In this document: positions 11,424 through 21,216 of the stretch, piece by piece
Numbering within the stretch: the stretch's first letter is position 1
Layout of the letters: every line of letters starts with the position of its first letter
Origin: Callorhinchus milii
Lineage: Eukaryota
Direction of reading: 5' to 3'
NCBI RefSeq assembly: GCF_018977255.1
Contig: NW_024704891.1
Location: 62,001 to 117,626, forward strand
Length of the DNA stretch: 55,626 bases
Program-made: the position numbers and the translations under genes
The notes under the pieces: generated by a model
Database searches by the model: none
Told to the model about the DNA's origin: nothing
Seen by the model: only the letters and a program-made list of their open reading frames with translations

Positions 11424-11766
11424 TTGAAATCCTGTAGCTTAGATGTTAGAGCACTCGCCTCGCAATCGACTGGATTTATGTTTGATTCCCAATCGGGCAG
11501 AACACAGTTAGTAGGAAAGCGGTTGTTTGTCGATTGGCGGATCGCTTTTCCTGGGGTAATGATACTTTTAAAAAATAATAATAATAAATTGTTCACTCAA
11601 TCAATCCACGACAGTTTGAGGGACTTCGATGAGTGCCATTGGCTGCCGCGTTTCATCCACAACATATACAGTCACTCGATTTTGCAGCGTATCCTTGGAA
11701 GCGCTTTGAGACTTCTGGCAAATGTGATCAGTCGCTGTATGAAATGCAAGGAATATTATTATTATT
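11424..11766 (+). mobile_element. SINE copy
   Basis: ATCCTGTAGCTTAGATGTTAGAGCACTCGCCTCGCAA head; GCTGTATGAAATGCAAGGA(ATT)n tail. Confidence 0.8.
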
Positions 11767-11767
11767 T

Positions 11768-11806
11768 CTCCGTGTTATTGACAGACTACACCACTGGAAC
11801 TAAATC
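11768..11806 (+). pseudogene. Orphan degenerate 23-RSS of a deleted V
   Basis: CTCCGTG + 23 nt + AACTAAATC; spacer and 3' flank match the RSS and flank of the pseudo-Vs at 20778, 21519 and 25697. Confidence 0.6.
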
Positions 11807-13090
11807 ACTAAAGAGGAGAGAGAAGGTTTGACCTCAGCACAGATGTTCGTCTGACAGTTGACCTATTTAATAAGTCCTGTTATGGTGGGGGGAATTCGTG
11901 GAGCAAAGATATCTTAAGTAGAGGTTGATGAAGGCGCTGTTGAAGTGGAGGGTTTTAATCTGAATATTCATATTAATGGTGTAAAGTGCACAATGCACAC
12001 CCTGGTAATGCTAACCAAGATTTTAGGTTTGATACTTCAACTCCTGACATTCTCCTGAAATGCCAATAGATGTCGCCATATAACAATACAATAAATCTCA
12101 TTTTTATGCAGCAGTTTTCGCATCAGGAGGAAACCTTATTTGTGCTGAGCACTGCACATAACGTGTTGTCTTTTACTTTAGTGGTTAGAGCAATAGTGTC
12201 TCAAGCGAGAGGAGCTCGGTTCGATTCCTGGTTGGAAAAAAATGATAGGCAATTGTCCTTACTTCACACGTCTCTTTGTTTACCTAAAAATAAGTAGGAG
12301 CCCACTTGTTACTCGATTCGTAGATAATTAAAACTATGTTTAATTAAAAAAGAAAACACATGCATTAATTTTTTTAAGCAAGGAAATAAATAAATGAGTA
12401 AAATATTAATTCGATCGCTCAATCTGCGATTGTTTTTGGGATACTGCTGTGCACAATTGGATGATTTATTTTTCCAAGAAAATATAATATCAATCAACTC
12501 TTCAGTATATTTTTTGAATCTCTTTGCGTCTTGACAAGGATCCATATACAATGCAAGGATTATAAGGCTGATAAGATGACAGTGGACTCCAACATGATCA
12601 ACCTACCGCCTCTCCCTCACACACATCCCCAAACTGCTTTGCTCTCCCAGTCCATCGTTCAAGTCAAAAAATAATCCCAAACTTCTGATTCCAAAAGTGA
12701 TCAGCTCCTCCTCACACCGCTAAATCACCACAATGCTCAAGACCAATGATATTTCTGAAAGGAATAAACAAAACTAACAATCTTTGTATTTTATACAGCG
12801 CCCCATCACGTCAACGAGACGCCACCAAACACTTTACAGAATATACTGTGAAGCGTCGAGACTGTTTTTTAGGCGAAACGCGGCACACCATTGGCACGCT
12901 TCGCCTAAAAGAGGCGGCGTCACATATTTAGTGATGGATTAATAATTCAATTATTATTATTATATTGCAGAGAATTTTTACCGCTGGAAAGAGGTGAAAC
13001 ATTCGAAAAACAAACGGGTTGCACTTAACATTAAACAGAGGCGCGTGTGTGCAGCAAGGAAACTTTACTAACGATTCAAGGAAAGACAGC

Positions 13091-13091
<1 letters not shown>

Positions 13092-13139
<48 letters not shown>

Positions 13140-13257
13140 GGAGAGAGAGAGAGAGAGAAAATCACACAGACGGACAGCCAGAGACAGACAGGCAGAGAGA
13201 AATACAGACAGACAGACAGACAGACACACACACACACACACAGATACACACACACAT
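13092..13257. repeat. (GA)n / (GACA)n / (CA)n compound microsatellite
   Basis: Directly visible. Confidence 0.95.
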
Positions 13258-13399
13258 GGAAATAAAGACAGACAGGCCAAGTCAGGAATTAATAGTATTG
13301 CTTGTATAATAATACAATGCATTACCATATCGTCAAATCGTGAAAAACTTCTTCCCATGATACGATGAAAAGTGACCATCATGATCGCTGCCTTCTCTT

Positions 13400-13720
13400 C
13401 CTCCTCCATCATCCCTTTGTCACCCATTCTATTCCCACGAATTATAAAACCACCGCATGCCATACTCCTTTACTCCAATTTCTCCCTACACCTTTCCATC
13501 CATCATCACCCAAATTTCATCAACACTCTGCTGCCTTGACCGGCTTCCCCATCCAGCTGCTGGTCACTGTAACAGGACTCACTTCAAGTCAAAGGTGTGT
13601 ATGTAGTTTCTTTATGTATCTTTCCCAATTCCCAGTAAAGCCCTCTCTACACCAAACAGCCTTTGTCCCTCTCACAGTGTCAGATTATAGTCCCTCTCGT
13701 TGGCTTCCCCGTCAATTGTC
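13400..13720 (+). mobile_element. Degenerate L2 LINE ORF2 fragment (pre-RT region)
   Basis: Remnants such as CCLDxFPIQLL and KPSL..TVSDYSPSRWLP resemble L2 TCSLDPxP and KPxLD..LxNYRPISxLP. Confidence 0.45.
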
Positions 13721-13998
13721 TATTTAAACCTAAATGAGACTCGAATAGTTATTCCCAAATCGCCCTCTCTGCCCACTGCTCTCGGGCACAGTGAGTCAGT
13801 CCCTTTCCTCATGTATATTGTTACCCTCCACCCCCAAACCACACACCGCCCACTCCTCAAAGCCGCTGACACCAGCCATGATGTGACTTTGTTCATCACA
13901 AATAAACCAAGTCTCCAAAGCTCTTACAGAACAGCCCTGTGTTACTCACAGTTACTCTGAGGTGTCCGGGGCTGACGGTACCTCCCAGCGGTGAGAGG

Positions 13999-14734
13999 AT
14001 GTCTCTCCTCTGTGTCTCCATCTCCTTCCTCTTCTTACAATGTAAGTGGTTGTTTCCATAACACAGCACTACACTGCAGCAGTGAATGTCATCAATACTA
14101 TATTTGCACAATATAAATAATCCGTGCAATTGATGTAAAGCGTTAAGATGTGGATGCGACGTCTCAGGTCGCTTCAAACAATGGTTTGTGTACTGAAATA
14201 ACTTTGCATTTTGTGGGCGAAACGCGGTAATCAATTATTTTGCTTTAATTTCGTTATACATCACAATGTTATGTACTCATTAATATTATAATTATATTAC
14301 AAAATCATGATTATATTATATTTGCTGATATCAAGGGAAAACAAGCCAATGCTTGCAATGGATTTGCATTAGAAGTGGTCAAATTTGAAGATCTGTTAAA
14401 CTGATGTAATTTTGTGAATAATTTTCAGATGTTTTCAGCGCTAAAGTAACGCAGACACCGTCCCCGATTAGGAGAGAAGAATGCGACTCTTTAACCATCA
14501 ACTGTGTCTTCTCAGCAAGTTATCAAAGCGTATTCAAAAGTATGGAGTTTTATAGGCGATTTCCAAATGAAAGAGATTGGAAGCCCATCCCTCGTGAAAG
14601 ACGGTTTGTTGTAAAGACAGACAAGGGATCGAGGTCCTCTTCTCTAGAAATTAATGATTTGCAAGTTGAAGACAGCGCTGACTATTACTGTAAGGCTCGA
14701 TATTGCTGGGACCATTTTAGCAGTGGTGAAGATT
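13999..14734 (+). CDS. NAR-TCR V gene (NAR-V1): leader 13999-14041, V exon 14429-14734
   Basis: Leader MSLLCVSISFLFLQ|Y with GTAAGT donor; exon YVFS-AKVTQTPSPIRREECDSLTINCVFSASYQSVFKSMEFYRRFPNERDWKPIPRERRFVVKTDKGSRSSSLEINDLQVEDSADYYCKARYCWDHFSSGED. Short VNAR-type fold without CDR2 (SLTINCV, SLxINDLxVED motifs); extra FR1 Cys at 14482-14484. Confidence 0.92.
14115..14240 (-). mobile_element. SINE 3' fragment in the NAR-V1 leader intron
   Basis: Reverse of the SINE tail (TTTTGTGGGCGAAACGCGG..CAATT). Confidence 0.6.
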
Positions 14735-14772
14735 CACAATGCTGTATCTGGGCTTCCAACAATACAAAATCC
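14735..14772 (+). other. 22-bp-spacer RSS after NAR-V1
   Basis: CACAATG (14735-14741) + 22 nt + ACAAAATCC (14764-14772). Confidence 0.85.
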
Positions 14773-15084
14773 CATTCAACAACTCACAGGTAAAACACAG
14801 ATATTTTGAACTTGCCAATGAGATCAATGCACATTCCCCATTAGTATGTGATTTACAACGATGTTTAATAGCACTGCCTTTGAGACACGACCATTGGTTA
14901 CGAACAGTTAAGAAAAGTAAGTAAGTACTGATGTAAGAACTTTGCTTGGATTCCTATAAATAAGGGTTTATTGGAAGAGACAGACGACATGTAAAAGACA
15001 ATATTCAAAATACTTTTACACGTTACACCATTGAATGACCATGAGTAAATGGCAGAAAACATTTCAAATGTTTTTCCATCCATT

Positions 15085-15156
15085 GATTTTTGCATGGACA
15101 TTAAATACTGTGCGTACAGTGTGTTGGTCACATTGAATAACATTAGCACAAATACT
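15085..15156 (+). other. NAR-type D segment CGTACAGTGTGTTGGT (15113-15128) flanked by two 12-RSSs
   Basis: GATTTTTGC + 12 + TACTGTG, then a 16-nt D, then CACATTG + 12 + ACAAATACT. Frames read RTVCW, VQCVG and YSVL. Confidence 0.9.
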
Positions 15157-15472
15157 GCACAGCTATTTTCATGAAAATATGTGGGACTTAATCAGTGAAA
15201 ACTGTGGCCTATTTAATGCTGCTGAATGTGACCAAAGTTTGCTTTCAAAATTAATTATTTGAAGCAGATAATTTATGGAATTATTTGCCAAGTTTTATTC
15301 CATGGGCTGTGCACTTTGTCTGTGTTTGGTTGGAAATAGTATTGAAAATAAATATGATTTATACAAATTAAAGACATGAAGATGGGACGGTGGTGGAAAG
15401 ATAGGAATCAATGACCCAGTTGTCAGCATTTGTTTGCTTTCGTGCCAGTATTAAACCCTGATCTTAAAGAAC

Positions 15473-15511
15473 AGATTTTGCACATTGAAGAACGAGAGCT
15501 GTGAGACTGTG
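15473..15511 (+). other. 23-RSS of the NAR J
   Basis: AGATTTTGC + 23 nt + GACTGTG. Confidence 0.82.
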
Positions 15512-15567
15512 GTCTTATAATGAATACACAGAAGATGGAACAGGAACCAAAGTGACTGTAACGAAAT
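15512..15567 (+). CDS. NAR-TCR J segment SYNEYTEDGTGTKVTVTK
   Basis: GxGT motif in a VNAR-like DGxGTxxTV context; phase-1 donor T|GTGAGT at 15568. Confidence 0.92.
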
Positions 15568-16486
15568 GTGAGTGAGAAAAAAATACTATCGAATTGCAAT
15601 TAAATTTTATTGAAAATAATTTGTAAAATGCATTTTTCGAACTAATTGCTCCCAATTGTATGCCACTGTGCCATTCTAGCAATACACTTGAGCAATCTTA
15701 AACNAAAAATGTTTATAATGTGGCAAACATTATTCAGCTTCCACTGTGAAGCTTGCTTCTCAAATTACCTGCTTTTATTTCCGTGATATGTAAAGTCACC
15801 CACTTTGCCTGGACATCGTTTCCAGCTGAATATGCCCAGAGGACGTATTTCAATTTAATGGATGTAACCAATTCACGTAGCCTCTGCCAGAGAGAAATAC
15901 TGTCCAGAATCCCCTCTATCCACCCGAGCGGAGTAAAAAGGCGAAATCCTCGGAACTGAATTGGCTCCAAGGTTACATGATTTGGGAGAGCAGTCCAGTA
16001 ACTGGGGATATAGTCTCTTACCACTCCGCTCCCATTAACCCTGCAAGGAAAAGTGCAATGAAGTGTACAGTTTTGCCAAGCTGGACAAGCAGAGGAATAG
16101 TTTGCAAGACATTGTTTTCAATGACAAGCTTTGCAGGGTGTTTCCATGGGTGAATTGTGTAAATTCTGGGCATATTGTTAGAAAGGCACAGGAACCTATT
16201 TTAGTTTCGGTACTGTTAAGCTTCCTGATGGCTTCCGGCCTATTTCAGATACCGTGTTGAGCAAAATGAAATCATTGAATCACTAAATATTACAGCACAG
16301 AATGTCAGACCATTAGGAAGAGCTGAACAATCACTGAGTTTCCCCACAGCCTTGCCCATTAAAATACAACTTTATCCTTTGTTACCCAACATACAAAGAG
16401 AGGACTAAAGGCAGCAATCTTGGGATTCACTTAGGTTAGGAACAGAGAATGTTAATATTTTTTAAAATGTTGTGTATATATTTCAG

Positions 16487-16837
16487 ATGGTGACCGTGTC
16501 TCAGTAAAGCAGACACCAAACTCTCTTACGAGGAAAGAATGCGAATCCGTATCCATTCAATGTATATTTGAAGCCGCATATGGTGTGACTTTCAAGAGTA
16601 TGGAATTTTCCAGACAGATTGGAAAAGGGACACAGTTGGTGTCGATCCCAGTAGATGGTCGATATGTTGTAAAAGCAGATAGGGGGTCGGCTTCATTTTC
16701 TCTAGAAATCAATGAATTGGAAGTTCAAGACGGTGCTACGTATTACTGCAGAGCTCGATTTGATGCAAATCGCTGCGCTGTGGGTAAAAGAGAGAAAACT
16801 AAAGATGGAACAGGAACCGTAGTAACTGTAACAAAAA
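16487..16837 (+). CDS. Germline-joined NAR-type VDJ exon (NAR-V2)
   Basis: Acceptor TTTCAG, 351 nt open: GDRVSVKQTPNSLTRKECESVSIQCIFEAAYGVTFKSMEFSRQIGKGTQLVSIPVDGRYVVKADRGSASFSLEINELEVQDGATYYCRARFDANRCAVGKREKTKDGTGTVVTVTK, then donor A|GTAAGT. V runs directly into a J-like end with no RSS. Confidence 0.93.
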
Positions 16838-18699
16838 GTAAGTGAGAACAATTTCAATTTTTTTTAAAAAAAACTGATTCCGATGAATTTGCTGATGCAT
16901 TGTTCGGATTCATTGCCAGATCCCAGGTGACATGTTTGGCCACAGGATGTAGGAAATAAGTCCTCTCAGTGTGACCGTCTCTATTCCGGTTACTGTGCCA
17001 GACGTCTGTAACAGCGAAACTTGGTATCATTATACACAATCACGCAAATAAATAACCAATGATTCAATATTCTAAAATCTGGTAGACAGGGATAAAATTT
17101 GCGTTTGCTAATGTCACATTAAGTAATAATAAAAACTGTAACTTCGCAACAAGCAGTGCTTTGGAGGCTTAGGCTGTACAGTACAGTTTCCAGCACTGCA
17201 TTCAGTGTTGAAAGGTTATGTGTGCAGTTGCCATATCGCGATATTCAACTATTCTAGTGTGAGCTAACACTCAAATACAAAGCTGTGCGTGGGGTGTATT
17301 GATGTGTCCTTCATTCACCGTCAGTTCACATAAAATAATACAGTCACGTAAAGAGCTCTGAGCCATTTTTATGTCTTGAAAGATGTTAAACTTAACTTAG
17401 AACTGATTATTCCAATATCGCGAACAGATAAATGCATATTAGGTAAGCAGACTGGAAGCCAGATGAACTATGAGATATCACGGATTGTTACAAAGAGGAG
17501 AAGAAAGAGGTACAAAGAATGAACAGACGTTGACACTGGAAAAATCAATACAAGGATAAATAATAAAAGGAAAATAAAGGAGCAATATCAAGTTAAATTT
17601 TTCAGGGCCTTTAATAATAATGATCTTTGCGTTTGATGTGGAGCCTTATCACACAATCGAGACGTCTCCAAACTTTTCACAGCATATCCTGTTAAGTGAT
17701 TTGACTGTATTTTGTGGGCAAAAAGCGGGAGACAATTGCACACAGCAGTGTCCCACAAACACTGATAGTTTTAGTGACCAATACAGTACTCTTATTCTTA
17801 TTTGAAATAATTATACAAGACTCAATGCGCTGCACACCCGAGCTTGGAGGATGCAATCCAGTGAGTTGGTGGGTAAGGTGATTCAGCCCCTTGAAAGAGA
17901 CAAGGGAAGGCTTGAGGCTTAGGGATTATTAGACCGTGTGCCACAGTGTGGGGGCAAAAACCCTGAAGGCTCGGCACAAAATGATAGAGCAGGCACGGTG
18001 GCGACTACAGATGCAGTGGCCAACCGAGAGGAGAGAGAGAGTTAGATTTATGTGGGGCTAAGGTGGCAGTAAGAAATCTAAGTAAACAAGTCGTAACGAA
18101 AGGGAGAGAAAGAAGGAGAAACACAGATTGCACCATAATTCACACACAAGTGCATTGAGTCGACTCCTGAAAGAAAGAAATTCCATTGAAAAAACGACAG
18201 AAAGATAAAAATATTAAAAAGTTAGAAAGAAAGAGAGAGAGAAAGAGAGGGAAAGGCAAACAGCACTTTGCTTCTGGCACATATGGAACTGAATGAGCTG
18301 TTCTCGTACGGAGAGCTACTGATGTTGGCGAATAGCCAGAGACTTAACCTCCTCCAGCAGCGATTTTAAAGTAACGACATTTACAGAAGGGAAACTTTCC
18401 ATTTGCCTCAACTGTAAACCCACTGCGTTAACGGTACAAACTGACACCTGGTTCTCTGCTAAACATTCCCATGATCACAGGCACCCAAGGCCTCAATGTG
18501 GACTTCACCACAGCAAACGAGTATAAGTTTAGACAAGCAAAGCTAAATTAAAACGGTCATTTTATTGCACATCATGAACGTTGTCATAGAAATAGCCATA
18601 CGGCTTGTGTCTGCAGTAAAGTATCTGATTTTCAAGAGCTCGCTATTTTAGTGCATTAATCTGCTCTTTCTATCATTGTTATTAAAAGCATCCTTACAT

Positions 18700-19222
18700 T
18701 TAGTATAAAGAAATTCCAGGCCTTGGACAAGGAAAAAAGGAAATTTACCTGAACGAATTTTTGTGAAGAGAGGATTCATGTGTATGAAGGCAAAAGTGCT
18801 TGAAAATGTTCTCCTCAGAACATCGAATATTTACTGGTGAACTAATGCCAGTGTTGAAACTTGTAAGAGTTTTTTTATGGAGTAGATAATGAGAAACTGT
18901 TTCCTTACTTAAGTGGGTCAGTAGCCCCGGAACACAAGTTTAAGATAATTGGTCAAAGCATCAGAGGGGAGAGGAGGAGAATTTAATTCAAATGATATTT
19001 GCTACTGACTGCAATGCACTGCTTGAAAAATGGCGGAAACAGATTCGATAATAAATTTCGGAAGGGAATGGGATAAATGCATCAGAAGGAATGATACAGG
19101 GTTCTGTGACAAGAGCGGGGGAGTGGGATTCAATTGAACAGCTCATTTCAAAGAGCCGATACAGACAAGAAGGGCCGAACGTCCTCCTTCTGTGCTGCAA
19201 ATTTCCATAATTCCATGATTCT
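18700..19222 (+). mobile_element. CR1 LINE 3' end
   Basis: Remnant VDNEKLFPY..EHKFKIIGQSIRGERRR (CR1 ORF2 end), followed by the GGGCCGAACGTCCTCCTTCTGTGCTGCAAATT..CATGATTCT tail. Confidence 0.7.
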
Positions 19223-19249
19223 AAGTAACCTGTAATTTGCATTCCGCAG

Positions 19250-19551
19250 CATCAAGTTTTACAGTTTCCCAGTCACCGCCTGAACAAACTGCTTTTGCTG
19301 GTGAGAGGATAAATTTACATTGCCAATACTCAGGATTCTGTGGACAGAATTTCAGCGTCTCCTGGTACCGTCAGTCCCCTGGCGAGGGGCTGAAATACCT
19401 GCTCCACAGAAAACCCTCAGGAGAGGCAGGAAACCCCACTGGAGATCATATTTCTGTTTCTCTTGACACTGCCAAGAAAATCAGCGTTTTAACCATCGCC
19501 GACCTGCGGCTGACAGACTCCGCTATGTATCACTGTGCACTCAGTCTGCAC
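19250..19551 (+). CDS. Supporting TCR-delta-type V exon for NAR-TCR (leaderless, CDR1 Cys)
   Basis: Acceptor CCGCAG; SSFTVSQSPPEQTAFAGERINLHCQYSGFCGQNFSVSWYRQSPG..DSAMYHCALSLH; non-canonical Cys in CDR1 (19339-19341); no signal-peptide tail at the exon start and no leader found between 16838 and 19249. Confidence 0.9.
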
Positions 19552-19590
19552 CACAGTGATACACATCATAGGAAGACTCGTACAATAACC
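19552..19590 (+). other. 23-RSS of the supporting V
   Basis: CACAGTG + 23 nt + ACAATAACC. Confidence 0.95.
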
Positions 19591-20114
19591 CTCATCACAA
19601 CCAAAGCTGGGAAACAACACAGTACAGTTAGTGACACACGGTGTAACAAACCTTTTCCAAACTGCCACCATAGGCTTTTAACTGATTGAGCTCATATTAA
19701 GTCATTTAAAATATGTGATACTTTACCCGCTGAATATTTGTTTTTTTTTCACCAACAGATATTACACTGTGATAAAATTTTGTCGGAATTTGGATAATTA
19801 GTGAGTTACAGATGTTGATAATTACGGTAATAAAAACCTCACAAAATGTTATAGTCCTTGTGTTTGATGTCGTGGCGTATCGCTTCTTTGAGACGTCAAA
19901 AAGCGCTTCAGAGATGACGATGTAAATTTCATTATATTTCGTAGTAAAATCGTCGCAACCAACAGTTTCTTTTTTAGAGTGAGTGAGGAACATCAAAATT
20001 CTTTATGATTATGTTCAGTAAAATAATAATATGAACCAAGTGTCAATAATTAAAGAACATATGTCACTTATATTCACAAGGAGAAACCGTGATGTGATAT
20101 TTTACTGTCAGTGG

Positions 20115-20455
20115 TGTCCAGTGCCTCAGTGGTTAGATAACTCGATTCGCAAGCTAGAAGACCTGGGTTCGAATCCCAGGCTGGGAGAAATGTTGGGCAA
20201 GTGTCCTCAATCCACAAACACTTCTGTTTCCTTAGCTGTGAGTACGAACCCTTTTGTTAGTCGACTGACGGATCATTCTCAGAGACAGTAACCCCTGCAT
20301 TAAATAAGTTGGTATTATTACTAATTAATCCTTGCATTTAACATAGAGGTTTTCACTGATAGGTCACTCAATACAAGACTGTTCGTGGGACACTGCTGTG
20401 CGCTCCTGCAGAAAACACACAATGACTGCATCAAATGCAATGATTATTATTATGT
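20115..20455 (+). mobile_element. SINE abutting the 5'-truncated pseudo-V
   Basis: CTCAGTGGTTAGATAACTCGATTCGCAAGCTAGAAGACCTGGGTTCGAATCCC head; GCATCAAATGCAATG(ATT)n tail. Confidence 0.7.
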
Positions 20456-20514
20456 AGCTTACAGCAGATGAATTTTAGATAATCAATTATTTCAAATCAC
20501 AATGAAATCACTAT

Positions 20515-20816
20515 GTTACTGAAGGTCAGACTGTAACATTGAGCTGCACCTACTCTGCTGATTTCAACAATGTTTTAATGTTCTGATAGAGTCAGTATCC
20601 AGGGGAAACTCATCTGTAAATGCGGAGACATGATGATGATGATGATGGGGACACTTTCTGTGCTGAGTTTGCAACACAACATTTAACGCCAAATCTGGGC
20701 ACGAGCAGCAAGAGATCCAATGTGTGTATGCTCCCCGTGGCTCCATCTAACACCAAGCATTACACTGCCATAACACACCCAGTGGTAATGTCGGACTGCA
20801 TCACTGTACAAAAACC
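20515..20816 (+). pseudogene. TCR V pseudogene with 23-RSS (20778-20816)
   Basis: EGQTVTLSCTYSADFNNVLMF*..QYPGETHL*; stops and frameshifts; RSS CCCAGTG + 23 + ACAAAAACC. Confidence 0.82.
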
Positions 20817-21216
20817 TCCAAAGAGGAGAGAAAGGGTTTCATCTCAGCACAGATTTTATTCCGGACAGTAGAGCTATTTGAGAATTTGTGACTTTGCTGC
20901 TGTATTTCTCAGCAGGGAACATGTGACTTACTACCAACCACAAGAAAACGTAATAATGTGTTTCACATATGGAAAGAGTGAAAGAAATAATAGTAATCCT
21001 TAGATTTATATAGCGCCTTATCACGGTTTCGAGATGTCTCTTAGCGCTTCACAGTGTATACTACCAAGTGGATTCATTAATGTTTGCTCTTTCAAATAAT
21101 TTGCGCTGTAAAATTCACGGTTGTTGTACCTCATCATTCTGACTTAAAACAATTTGGCGATTTTTCCTCTTCCTTAGCGTGACAGTGAATAAATAACATG
21201 CTGTCTCTGGCTATAG

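Noticed and set aside
11760-11775. SINE insertion primed at a RAG nick
   Set aside because: Priming from the nicked coding-end 3'-OH would leave the SINE antisense with its head next to the heptamer; here it is sense with its tail at the heptamer.
15704-15704. Assembly gap separating the NAR J from NAR-V2
   Set aside because: It is a single ambiguous base in unique-looking sequence rather than a run of Ns; still worth confirming with long reads.
15664-15748. Extra J or D segments at isolated CACTGTG heptamers (15664, 15742)
   Set aside because: No acceptable nonamer at 12 or 23 nt and no GxG motif or splice donor downstream.
16487-16837. Retrotransposed (processed) origin of the joined NAR exon
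   Set aside because: No fused leader, poly-A or target-site duplication; it retains an intronic acceptor and a J-type donor flank, which fits DNA-level joining.
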